NCBI GenBank assembly: GCA_016219185.1
Contig: JACRBZ010000078.1
Coordinates: 4,810 to 68,809 of the forward strand
Direction: 5' to 3'
DNA: 64,000 bases
DNA from: Deltaproteobacteria bacterium
Lineage (GTDB): Bacteria > Desulfobacterota > Desulfobacteria > Desulfobacterales > Desulfatirhabdiaceae
How positions within the stretch are numbered: position 1 is the first letter of the stretch; the number at the start of each line of letters is the position of its first letter. Of this stretch, positions 18,696 through 27,816 are shown one piece after another. The notes beneath the pieces are model-generated. The model had not been told where the DNA came from. It made no database searches and saw only the letters and a program-made list of their open reading frames with translations. A program made the translations under genes and the position numbers.

Positions 18696-19889
18696 ATGTC
18701 AGAAAAATATGTCATTGTCAGCGCCAAAAGATCCCCTTTTGGCAAATACCTCGGTTCACTTTCAGAAATGGAGCCTATTGATGTGGCTGTTCATGTTGCA
18801 AACGCCACAATTGAGGCTGCAGGAAATAATATTAAAAAGGAAATCGATCAGATTTTTGTGGGAAACTGCATGCCGGGTTCCTTTGAGATCGGTTCGGTGA
18901 CGGGCCGGCAGATTTGTCTAAAACTTGGTCTTGATGTATTTACAACTACGATAGATACGGCCTGCTGCTCGCCCCTTACTGCGCTTCGTATGGCTCTCTG
19001 GGGCCTTCGTCTGGGCGAAATTGAGTCTGCGCTTGTAATCGGTATCGAGGCCATGAGCAGGGTGCCCCATCAGTCGCGTCAAATTAGGAATGGTGTCAGA
19101 ATAGGTGAACTGAAGATGCCCGACCCGATATTTCCCATCATGTATCCTGGCTACCATTCAGTGGCTGTTGATGCTTCCGATGGAGCTGCAAAATATAATA
19201 TTTCTAAAAGAATGCTGGATAACTTTGCAATGGGCTCCCATTTGAAATGGGCAGAAGCAATGAAAGCCGGAAAATTTGAGGATGAAATCGTTCCCATACC
19301 TGTTAAAAAAGGAAGAGAAAAATATCTTTTTACAACGGATGAAATGCCGCGTCCCGGTGGAAGTGTCGGGGCTCTCGAAATGCTTCCGCCGGTATTTGGG
19401 GCTAAGACCACTACGGCCGGGAATGCTCCCGGGTTAAATGACGGAGCGTCCGCCATGGTGGTTATGACCGAAAAAAAAGCAAAGGCACTTGGCCTTACTA
19501 TTCTTGGTAATATCGTTGATCAGGTTGGGCGAACTGACATGCCTTACGGAATATCATGGATTCCCGCATTCGCCATTAACAAATTGTTGGAAAGAACAAA
19601 AATGGGCATCGATGATATAAGTCTGATCGAAATCAATGAGGCCTTTGCCGCAATGCCCTTGGTCAGCACCAAAGTACTGGCTGAAAATAATGAAAAAAAG
19701 TGGCATGAATTGATAGAGAAAACCAATGTGAATGGTGGCGCAATCGCTATCGGACATCCGGTAGGGGCTTCCGGCCTTAGAATCACCATGGCGATGATGT
19801 ACGAACTTCGGCGAAGAGGCGGCGGTTTCGCCGTGGCCGCCATATGCGGAGGTTTAACTCAGGGCGAAGCGATCATGGTTCAAGTGTGA
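18696..19889 (+). CDS. Thiolase (acetyl-CoA C-acyltransferase family)
   Basis: Active-site Cys region IDTACCSPLTAL, plus NVNGGAIAIGHPVGASGLRI and AAICGGLTQGEA near the C-terminus. Confidence 0.9.
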   Translation: MSEKYVIVSAKRSPFGKYLGSLSEMEPIDVAVHVANATIEAAGNNIKKEIDQIFVGNCMPGSFEIGSVTGRQICLKLGLDVFTTTIDTACCSPLTALRMALWGLRLGEIESALVIGIEAMSRVPHQSRQIRNGVRIGELKMPDPIFPIMYPGYHSVAVDASDGAAKYNISKRMLDNFAMGSHLKWAEAMKAGKFEDEIVPIPVKKGREKYLFTTDEMPRPGGSVGALEMLPPVFGAKTTTAGNAPGLNDGASAMVVMTEKKAKALGLTILGNIVDQVGRTDMPYGISWIPAFAINKLLERTKMGIDDISLIEINEAFAAMPLVSTKVLAENNEKKWHELIEKTNVNGGAIAIGHPVGASGLRITMAMMYELRRRGGGFAVAAICGGLTQGEAIMVQV

Positions 19890-19937
19890 AGTCTTTTGTG
19901 AACAGAATAATCCATTTAGATTTTAGGAGGTAAAAAA

Positions 19938-22031
19938 ATGTCCGAAGTTATATACCGGCTTGATCCCAAAAAGAATATAGCAGCATTTCTAATAGATACT
20001 GCAGGACCAGTCAACACCATTGGTGATCAGTTCATCAAAGACTTTGCGGTTGCCACTGAAAGGGCAAACCGTGATAATGTCCGAGGCGTTATTTTAGCGT
20101 CTCTTAAAAAAAAGAGTTTTTTAGATGGCGCCAACCTCATGGAAATTCTGAAAGATGCGTCATCTCTGAACTTGAAATATACCGTATTGAAGCTTCAGGA
20201 AGTGCTTGCATCCCTTGCCAGGAGCCCATTCCCTGTTGTTGCGGTTCTTACCGGCCAGACCGCCTTGGGAGGTGGTTTTGAGACGCTTTTGTGGACCTGT
20301 GATCATATCTTTGCCTCTCCGGGCACAAAAATGGGATTGCCGGAAGTCAACATCGGCCTTTTTCCCGCAGCCGGCGGCCCTGAAACCTTAAGAAGAGTAA
20401 TCGGACTTGAAAAAGCCATCGAGGTTGTCATGCGTGGGCAGGTACTTCCGGCCGAAGCATACGCAGATTCTGGTTTAGTTACAATTACCACTGGAAAAGA
20501 CATTCAAAACAAAGCTGAACAATGGATAGAATCCCACCTGGATATAGTCAATAGGAACTATGATCCCAAGTGGAAGGAACCCTTAAAACCGACTGGGAAG
20601 GTTCAGGAATCGTTAATTAAAAAAGCTCGGGACCGGTTTACCGTGTGTCTGGAAAAACCCTATTTTAAGGCGGCTATTGACGCCATTGAAGAAGGGCTTG
20701 ATTTACCTTTTGAAGAAGCTGCTAAAAACGAAGTAAAGCATTTTGCATGGCTTATTGAGCATCCCAATGTAAAAAATAAGATTGATTTGTTTTTTCTAAC
20801 GACAAGCATAGCTTCGAAATTGTCCGGTGTTAATGTTCAAAAGGCTATTCCCGTACCTAACTTGGCAATCATCGGCGCCGGTCTGATGGGGCAAGGTATT
20901 GCCCAGGTTTGTGCAGATAAAGGTATAAAAGTTCTTCTTATTGACATCGACATAAAAACCGCTGAAGCCGCAAAAGTGAATATCGGTAAAGGTCTGGACC
21001 CTCTGGTAAAAAAGGGGAGCTGGACACTGGAACGAAAAAACATGGTTATGGATAATATATGTTTATCCGATAATTATAGTGGTTTGAAAACGGTTCCATT
21101 AGTTATCGAGGCTGTTTTTGAAGATCTTGATTTGAAAAGGAAAATTCTCAAGCAGGTTCAGGAAATCAATCCGGATATCGTCTTTGCGTCCAATACGTCT
21201 ACCATACCCATGCAGGAAATCGCCGGCGAATCTCTTCGTCCGGAAATGGTTGTGGGAATGCATTACTTTTCCCCGGTTCCTTTAATGCCTCTTTTGGAGA
21301 TTATTCAAGGGCCGCAAACTTCTGAGAGTTCTCTCGCAACCGCTGTTGTCTCCGGCAGGCAACAGGGGAAAACCTGTGTCATTGTTGGAGATGGCCCCGG
21401 TTTTTATACCAGCAGAACATTCGGTGTCTATGTTATGACCGGTTTTTACCTCGCGGAAATGGGGGTTGACCCCTGGGAAATTGACAAGTTGGCCCTTGAG
21501 GCCGGTTTCCCCCAGGGCCCATTGAATGTTTACGGGACAGCAGGCGGGAATGTCATTTATCATGCTGGTTTGTATATGCAATCGAATAAGCCGGGGCTGA
21601 TAACAGTGCCGAAAACACTGATTAAAATGTATGAGGCCGGTTATGTGGGCGCCGGAAAGCCCTGTTTTTACGGCCCCGACATGAAACCGGACCAATCAGC
21701 AATAAAATTTGTTATTCGCAATGAATCCCTGCCGACTCCAACCCGTGAAGAAGTTAAAGAAATGCTTCTGCTCGCAATGGTCAATCAGGCGTTTCACTGC
21801 CTGGATGAGGGGGTTGTTAAAAACTATTACAGCATGGACATGGCTTCTGTATTAGGCATTGGTTTTCCTGACTGCTGGCATGGTCCCGGTCGCTACGTCA
21901 GCCAGAAAGGGGTTAAATTTACCCTTGGGCGTTTACAGGAATTCCATGACAAATACGGACTGGAATTCTTCAGGCCTGCCAGAGAGTTTAACAGGTTGAT
22001 TGCCTGCGGAGTTGATAGCGGTCTCGTATAG
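19938..22031 (+). CDS. Bifunctional enoyl-CoA hydratase / 3-hydroxyacyl-CoA dehydrogenase (FadB/FadJ-like)
   Basis: N-terminal crotonase fold (LTGQTALGGGFETLLWCD-like), central NAD fold LAIIGAGLMGQGIAQV, HFFSPVPLMPLLEI motif, 697 aa. Confidence 0.85.
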   Translation: MSEVIYRLDPKKNIAAFLIDTAGPVNTIGDQFIKDFAVATERANRDNVRGVILASLKKKSFLDGANLMEILKDASSLNLKYTVLKLQEVLASLARSPFPVVAVLTGQTALGGGFETLLWTCDHIFASPGTKMGLPEVNIGLFPAAGGPETLRRVIGLEKAIEVVMRGQVLPAEAYADSGLVTITTGKDIQNKAEQWIESHLDIVNRNYDPKWKEPLKPTGKVQESLIKKARDRFTVCLEKPYFKAAIDAIEEGLDLPFEEAAKNEVKHFAWLIEHPNVKNKIDLFFLTTSIASKLSGVNVQKAIPVPNLAIIGAGLMGQGIAQVCADKGIKVLLIDIDIKTAEAAKVNIGKGLDPLVKKGSWTLERKNMVMDNICLSDNYSGLKTVPLVIEAVFEDLDLKRKILKQVQEINPDIVFASNTSTIPMQEIAGESLRPEMVVGMHYFSPVPLMPLLEIIQGPQTSESSLATAVVSGRQQGKTCVIVGDGPGFYTSRTFGVYVMTGFYLAEMGVDPWEIDKLALEAGFPQGPLNVYGTAGGNVIYHAGLYMQSNKPGLITVPKTLIKMYEAGYVGAGKPCFYGPDMKPDQSAIKFVIRNESLPTPTREEVKEMLLLAMVNQAFHCLDEGVVKNYYSMDMASVLGIGFPDCWHGPGRYVSQKGVKFTLGRLQEFHDKYGLEFFRPAREFNRLIACGVDSGLV

Positions 22032-22156
22032 ATGAAAAAATGCCAGATTCTGATGAGCTGTAATTGTAACTGCTCAGGTATATAGATTGAAGTTGGGAGG
22101 GCTTTTAGGGTCAAATCATGCGCAGTGAATAACAGCCTTAAACTGGAGCCTAACCA

Positions 22157-22169
22157 ACCTGAGTAGTTA
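22157..22169 (+). repeat. Copy 1 of the exact 13-mer ACCTGAGTAGTTA
   Basis: Lies 50 nt upstream of the B12 small-subunit ATG and is identical to 24489-24501. Confidence 0.8.
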
Positions 22170-22218
22170 CGAGGCTCATTGGAAATGAGAAAAGTAGTGG
22201 GATAGGGAGGTATTTAGA

Positions 22219-22617
22219 ATGAATACGGGAAAAAAAATTAGAGTGTTGATTGCAAAGCCGGGTCTGGATGGCCATGAGCGTGGCGCTAGAGTTATTGCCT
22301 ATGGTCTGAGGGATCTGGGGTTTGAGGTTATTTATACAGGTCTGAGACAGAAACCGGAAGAAATTGCGAGCGCTGCCGTTCAGGAAGATGTTAATGTGGT
22401 GGGCCTTTCTATTTTATCAGGGGCACATCTGTCTCTGACGCGCAAGGTCATCGAAAAACTAAGAGAACAAAACGCAACTGATATCCTGGTCATTGTCGGG
22501 GGAGTTATCCCTGATCAGGATGTTCCTGAATTAAAAAAAATGGGTGTCAGCGGAGTGTTTACTTCAGGCTCTTCCATAAAAGAGATAGGGGCATTTATCA
22601 ATTCCAGTTTGCCGTAA
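22219..22617 (+). CDS. Acyl-CoA mutase small subunit (cobalamin-binding domain)
   Basis: DxHxxG motif (LDGHERGA), LSILSGAH and VIVGGVIP, typical of the B12-binding Rossmann domain. 132 aa. GGGAGG RBS. Confidence 0.85.
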   Translation: MNTGKKIRVLIAKPGLDGHERGARVIAYGLRDLGFEVIYTGLRQKPEEIASAAVQEDVNVVGLSILSGAHLSLTRKVIEKLREQNATDILVIVGGVIPDQDVPELKKMGVSGVFTSGSSIKEIGAFINSSLP

Positions 22618-22650
22618 AGATTATTTTAGCCAGGCTTTTAGGTGATAAAT

Positions 22651-23598
22651 ATGGTAAAAAGTCGAATAGTAGAGATTACCGGGACCAGATATCCATTTAT
22701 TTTAGGTCCCATGCGACTGATCACGCTTGGTGAAATGGCGGCAGCCGTATCAAACAGCGGCGGATTCGGCCAGATTGCCGCCTCCGGCCTCTCATCTGAC
22801 CGGTTACTCCTGGAAATAAAAAAAGCCAGGGATCTGACCGATCAACCATTCGGAATCAATATTCTCATCTATCGTCCAAACGCCTTCGAAGCCCTCGAAA
22901 TAGCAATTGACGCAGGGATTAAAACCATTACAACATCTGCGGGAAATCCGGCGAAGTTAATTGGGCGTATCAAGGATGCAGGTTTAAAAGTACTGCATAA
23001 AGTTTCCTCCGTAGAAATGGCGCTGAAGTCTCAATCCTGTGGCGTTGATGGTGTTATTGCCACTGGATTTGAGGCTGCTGGTCATGTAGGCCGTCATGGA
23101 ACGACGACCATGTGCCTGGTGCCCCAGTTGGCGGACGCCTTAAAGGTGCCGGTGGTAGCGGCAGGAGGGATTGCAGACGCCAGAGGGCTTGTTGCCGCAT
23201 TTGCGTTGGGCGCTGAAGGAGTTGAACTGGGAACGCGGTTTATTGCCACCCATGAATGCCCGACCCCTGATTTTTACAAGCAGCTTATCGTGCGTGCTGA
23301 TAGTGATGCCACAATCCTTCTTGGAAAAGATGCCATGCCTATACGAGTGTTAAAAAACCTTGCAGTAGAGATGATTCAGAATCCGGACAAGACAATTGAG
23401 GATAAGCACCTTAACAGTAAAAATGCAGAAGCTGTATATATACACTTCGGAGGCGATGCGGATACCGCGATTATGCCGTCCGGGCAAATCGCCGGCCTGA
23501 TAAAACAGATTGAAAGTATTGGAAAAGTTTTCCCGGAACTAATGAAGGGCGCTATTTTATTAGCGCAACAACTGGAATCGACATTTGGGGGTGAATGA
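22651..23598 (+). CDS. FMN-dependent NPD-family oxidoreductase (nitronate monooxygenase / FabK-like enoyl reductase family)
   Basis: YPFILGPM, GFGQIAA, ATGFEAGHVG and VVAAGGIADARG motifs. Start moved to ATG 22651, after AGGTGA. Confidence 0.7.
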   Translation: MVKSRIVEITGTRYPFILGPMRLITLGEMAAAVSNSGGFGQIAASGLSSDRLLLEIKKARDLTDQPFGINILIYRPNAFEALEIAIDAGIKTITTSAGNPAKLIGRIKDAGLKVLHKVSSVEMALKSQSCGVDGVIATGFEAAGHVGRHGTTTMCLVPQLADALKVPVVAAGGIADARGLVAAFALGAEGVELGTRFIATHECPTPDFYKQLIVRADSDATILLGKDAMPIRVLKNLAVEMIQNPDKTIEDKHLNSKNAEAVYIHFGGDADTAIMPSGQIAGLIKQIESIGKVFPELMKGAILLAQQLESTFGGE

Positions 23599-24389
23599 TG
23601 CAGTGGGAGCATGTACTTTTGGACAAGAAAGATATGATCGCCTGGGTCACTCTGAATCGGCCGGAGAAATTGAACGCTTTCGGCGGCCGGATGCGCCAGG
23701 AACTCGTTGAAGTAATTGATGATGTTTGCGCTGATCCGGAAGTCAGGGTTATAGTCATCACCGGCTCCGGGAAGGCCTTTTGCGTCGGGGGTGATGTCAC
23801 GGAGTTCGTTTCCGGCCAAACCAAGGCCCTCACGGAAACTTCTCCCAGTGAACGTCCAGCCATGGCAAAAATTGTTTTGGCCTTGAACCAGGTTGAAAAA
23901 CCGGTGATCGCTGCGGTAAATGGTGTGGCGGCAGGTGGCGGCGTCAACCTGGCCCTGGCTTGTGATATTCGAATCGCCAGTGAAAAAGCCCGGTTTGGAC
24001 AGGTGTTCACACGGCGCGGCGTTCACCCGGATTGGGGCGGTATTTATTTTTTACCCCGACTTGTGGGTTATGCCAAGGCCTGTGAACTGATTTTTTCAGG
24101 TGACGTCATCGACGCCCAAGAAGCCTATAAACTCGGCATGGTGAACACTCTCGTACCCCACGAAAAACTTATGGAAGCCACCACTGAAATGGCCAGAAGA
24201 ATCGCAGACAATGCTCCCATACCGATTGCATATGCCAAAAGAGGCTTGCAGAATTTTTATAAGTGGGATTTGGCCCAGGCCCTGGATTATGAATCCTATG
24301 TGCTGAGCGTTACCATGAAAAGCGAAGACTTCAAAGAAGGATTCACGGCGTTTCTGGAGAAAAGAGAACCTGCTTTCAAGGGCAGGTAA
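23595..24389 (+). CDS. Enoyl-CoA hydratase/isomerase family protein
   Basis: IAWVTLNRPEKLNAF, ITGSGKAFCVGGD and AAVNGVAAGGGVNLALACD motifs. ATGA start/stop overlap with the upstream gene. Confidence 0.85.
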   Translation: MMQWEHVLLDKKDMIAWVTLNRPEKLNAFGGRMRQELVEVIDDVCADPEVRVIVITGSGKAFCVGGDVTEFVSGQTKALTETSPSERPAMAKIVLALNQVEKPVIAAVNGVAAGGGVNLALACDIRIASEKARFGQVFTRRGVHPDWGGIYFLPRLVGYAKACELIFSGDVIDAQEAYKLGMVNTLVPHEKLMEATTEMARRIADNAPIPIAYAKRGLQNFYKWDLAQALDYESYVLSVTMKSEDFKEGFTAFLEKREPAFKGR

Positions 24390-24488
24390 GGTTATCTTGT
24401 CGGTTAGGTATACTGAAGGTTAAAGGCGTTGGGTTATGGGTTCTTTCTTTTTACCAGGAACCTGAGTGTTTATCCCTTCGGTTTAAAC

Positions 24489-24501
24489 ACCTGAGTAGTT
24501 A
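24489..24501 (+). repeat. Copy 2 of the exact 13-mer ACCTGAGTAGTTA
   Basis: Lies 26 nt upstream of the meaB-like ATG. A degenerate copy, ACCTGAGTGTTTA, is at 24460-24472. Confidence 0.8.
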
Positions 24502-24526
24502 AAATCACAGCCGGAGATAAAATACA

Positions 24527-25489
24527 ATGCTGGAAGATTGGGAAAGTCTGATAGCCGAAATGAGAAAAGGATCGGTTCGGGCCCTGGCACGACTGATTAC
24601 CCGGATTGAGAATCGGGAATCGGGATGGATGGATGCAATGCAAATGATTTATTCTATGACCGGCAAGGCGCGCGTTATCGGAATCACAGGCGCGCCTGGC
24701 TCAGGGAAAAGCACCCTTACGGACCGATTGGCACGCGAGCTGTTTAACAGGGGCTTTAAAATCGGGATCATTGCCGTGGATCCGTCAAGCCCGTTTTCCG
24801 GAGGCGCTCTGTTGGGGGACCGCTTGCGTATGAAAGAAGTAAGCACCCTTCACGATGTATTCATCCGTTCCATGGCCACCCGAGGAGCTTTAGGCGGGTT
24901 GAACCTGTCAGCCCGGGATGTAGTTAAAATTCTGGACGCCTTCGGCAAGGACGTTATTCTTATTGAAACCGTCGGAGTTGGACAGGACGAGATTGAGGTA
25001 GTGAAGACGGCCGACATGGTGCTGGTGGTCTGCGTTCCTGGGATGGGTGACGGTATTCAGGCGATTAAGGCCGGGATAATGGAAATTGCCGACATTTTTA
25101 TCGTTAATAAGGCTGATCTCGACGGGACAGATCAAGTTGTCGCAGATATACGCGCCATGCTGGACCTCTCGGCAGATGAAATTTCATCGCAAACCCCGGT
25201 ACTTAAAACGATCGCCTCAACCGGCGAAGGTGTTGTAGATCTGGTCACCATGATGCTTGTAAATTTTGAAGCGGGGCGGATAAGAGTCTCCTGGAGTGAG
25301 GAACGTGCGAAAGAAGAAATCTTGTCACTTTTAGAGAAAGAGATCTCTCGTAATCTACAAGGCAGATGGGCTCGAAACGGCAATCTGACTGAAGCAGTAA
25401 AACAGGTGATAGCCCATGAACGAGATCCCTATTCTATTGTACAGGAGATGATGATGCCACTATTGCAGTTTAATTACTCAGACAGATAA
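24527..25489 (+). CDS. meaB: MeaB/ArgK-type G-protein chaperone of B12 mutases
   Basis: P-loop GITGAPGSGKSTL, SGGALLGDR, ETVGVGQDE and NKADL motifs. 320 aa. Confidence 0.85.
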   Translation: MLEDWESLIAEMRKGSVRALARLITRIENRESGWMDAMQMIYSMTGKARVIGITGAPGSGKSTLTDRLARELFNRGFKIGIIAVDPSSPFSGGALLGDRLRMKEVSTLHDVFIRSMATRGALGGLNLSARDVVKILDAFGKDVILIETVGVGQDEIEVVKTADMVLVVCVPGMGDGIQAIKAGIMEIADIFIVNKADLDGTDQVVADIRAMLDLSADEISSQTPVLKTIASTGEGVVDLVTMMLVNFEAGRIRVSWSEERAKEEILSLLEKEISRNLQGRWARNGNLTEAVKQVIAHERDPYSIVQEMMMPLLQFNYSDR

Positions 25490-25548
25490 GCTGTCCAGAG
25501 CTTGGGGACCACCGCAGTCTTTGGCCTTCACAGCTTATCTGTCTGAGT
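25476..25548. repeat. 19-bp perfect inverted repeat (large stem-loop) overlapping the meaB stop codon
   Basis: ACTCAGACAGATAAGCTGT (25476-94) and ACAGCTTATCTGTCTGAGT (25530-48), with a 35-nt loop. Confidence 0.7.
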
Positions 25549-25610
25549 TTAAACTGCAGTTACGGTAATTTATTTTGCGTCGGCATCACTGTAAAATCAG
25601 GAGATGTTTT

Positions 25611-25910
25611 ATGATACGTTTGCTTAAGGCTTTTTTTTCAGCCATGCTTTTGTTCAATGCAATACCTCACATAGTTCAGGGAATATGTGGTGAATCGCAC
25701 ATGACCCCATTTGGGGCCAGTTCAGCTCCGGCGGTTAATGTGATCTGGGCGTGGGTTAACCTGCTTATCGGTGGATGGTTATTAAAATTGTCGCAGCCGA
25801 AAGAGTGGACCCCACATTTCTGGCTTGCCTTTTGTCTGGGGGGGTTTATTATATCCCTTTCTCTGGCCATTTTTTGGAGTAACCCCCATGCCAGACTGCC
25901 TTGGCAGTAA
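25611..25910 (+). CDS. Small integral membrane protein (about 3 TM), function unknown
   Basis: Hydrophobic 99-aa ORF. Start chosen at MIRLL, after AGGAGA. Confidence 0.5.
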   Translation: MIRLLKAFFSAMLLFNAIPHIVQGICGESHMTPFGASSAPAVNVIWAWVNLLIGGWLLKLSQPKEWTPHFWLAFCLGGFIISLSLAIFWSNPHARLPWQ

Positions 25911-26145
25911 AAAAGGGGACAAAACACATAATGGTGAGTGGAGCGGGAATAATATAGAAACAGTAAACAATCTGTCATCTGCTCTCGTTCAGCGCAAACG
26001 GCATTAATAACCGGACAACCAGTCATTCCAGCACTGCAGCGGAAGTAATGATCAAGGCCGATTATTACATGTCCTCATCGGGGCCAGAAGTTTACCTTCA
26101 CTGGCATTCGGCTGTTTGTTTGAAAAAGAGTAACCAATTAATATT

Positions 26146-26932
26146 ATGAATAATATTTCTATAGTTGGTATAGGGGGGGGGTGGAACTTACGCAGCATGT
26201 TTCTGTGCAGTCTTGGCGGTGAGCTTGATGCTGCCAGGCTATCCCGTTATATCTGTGATGCGCTGGGAGCAAAGACTGGCCGATACGTCAATTCGAAAGA
26301 ACTTGAAGATGTTTATGTGCTGGGAAGTCATGGACCAGACATGATTCCGGTTTTTTCCCATGGAAAATACGAGGGGAAGCACAAAAGATATACTCGACGC
26401 CGATACAATGAAAAAAAAATTGCAAAAAAACTCGACGTCCGAAGGGGCCACGATAACAAAAATGAAAGGCAAATGAGCCGTTATGGGTCCGGGCGCATCA
26501 ATAGCAAGAATGATAGAAAAGGGAAGCAATGGAGAATGTTTAGTTGCGCACATATATGTTAATTCAGGCGGCCTTAAAAGACTAAGTTTGGATTGCAATT
26601 ATGATTGCAATGCTTTTTTAGGCATGCCTTTTAAAGTTTCAAGCGAAAGAGGAAGGCGGATCGTGTCTGTTGATTTGTCGGACGAAGAAAAAGCCGCTTT
26701 GATAAAGTTTATAAACGGCCAAAAGACAAGAAACGAAGAAGTTGAGTCTATATTGTCAAAAACGGACGAGAGGCTTCCGGCAAAGGAAAAAATCCATAAT
26801 TTTATTTCGTTCATGGCGCAGAAGGGAGTCATAATCAAGCCTGTTTCAGGTGATGACGGAGGTTATGAGATATACTCGGAGGGAGAAGACCCGAAAAGCG
26901 CCGTTTTGTTGAATATATTGAGATACATTTGA
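26146..26932 (+). pseudogene. Degraded malate/lactate dehydrogenase-family gene
   Basis: Frame 1: ISIVGIGGG...LDAARLSRYICDALG...DVYVLGSHGPDMIPVFSH (LDH/MDH LDxARFR...VLGxHGDxMVP). Frame 2, after an in-frame TGA: GPGASIARMIE...VDLSDEEKAAL. About 120 codons of the Rossmann domain are missing, and there is a frameshift/stop near 26474. Confidence 0.5.
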
Positions 26933-27182
26933 CGCGTTTAGCAGCGGTTTTCGCATGCTGAACCAGTGCACACGATGTTGAGGCATTGCTCTATTGATGC
27001 GCAAATGAAAGCTCGCTTGGTGTCGAAGTGAGGATGATTGCTGAAATGAATGGGAGAAGTTTGTCTCATGCTTTTTTTGAACTGCAATGGTTGTAAAACA
27101 GAGGACCGTTGGGACCCTGTCGAATTCAGATAATGACTTGAGAAGAAGTTCTTTTGATATAAACAATGGCAGGAGAGAAATT

Positions 27183-27386
27183 ATGGAACATGGCAAGATA
27201 ACAACATCTATGGCGGATTTTTGTAAGAATACATGCCCTGTTTGTACACGAGCAAGAGCAAAGGGTGAAGGGCTTTTTTACAATTTTGTCAAGCTGGAGG
27301 AAGGGCTCTGCCCGGCCTGCAGGTCTTATAAAAAAGTATACGGCCTGCAGGCGCATGAAAAACCGTCGCGTAAGGAACCTGATTAG
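27183..27386 (+). CDS. Small Cys-rich (CxxxCPxC...CPxC) protein, hypothetical
   Basis: 67-aa ORF after GGAGAG. Contains two Cys pairs, CKNTCPVC and CPAC. Confidence 0.35.
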   Translation: MEHGKITTSMADFCKNTCPVCTRARAKGEGLFYNFVKLEEGLCPACRSYKKVYGLQAHEKPSRKEPD

Positions 27387-27816
27387 ATTCCCACGGGGTA
27401 TCTGTTGCTGAGTGATGTCCCAGATGATTTCGGGCTCATCGCCAATTCCAGGATGGTCGGTACGATCTTCTTGTCCCGCTCGATCTCGATATACCAATGC
27501 TTTTGAAACGGCCCTTCGATATCTTGCATGCCGCACTGGCCACGGCGACTTGTTCATCATAGCGGATGATTTCCGTTTATGTAAAGACCAAATGAACGCC
27601 GTACTGAGTGGGATCGTCGTTATCTTGCTTTGTTCCGACAACCAACAATGCACCGTCCGGAAATTGAAGCCGTGTTTTCGGTTCAGCATCGTCCAGAGCC
27701 ATTCGTCTTGCATTTTCCATCATCATTTTTTCTCCGGCCAACAAGAAGTAATATTGTTCCTGGATACCTTTCCAAAATGGGATATTATCATCTTCACAGG
27801 CGAGTGATTTACCGTT

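Noticed and set aside
15100-22218. A cobalamin riboswitch upstream of the mutase subunit genes.
   Set aside because: I looked for a B12-box-like core in the 15.1-kb and 22.1-kb spacers and saw none. A covariance-model scan would be needed to be certain.
23376-24026. Minus-strand ORFs of 216 aa and 152 aa.
   Set aside because: They are antisense to the NPD oxidoreductase/crotonase junction, and both sense genes have clear family motifs.
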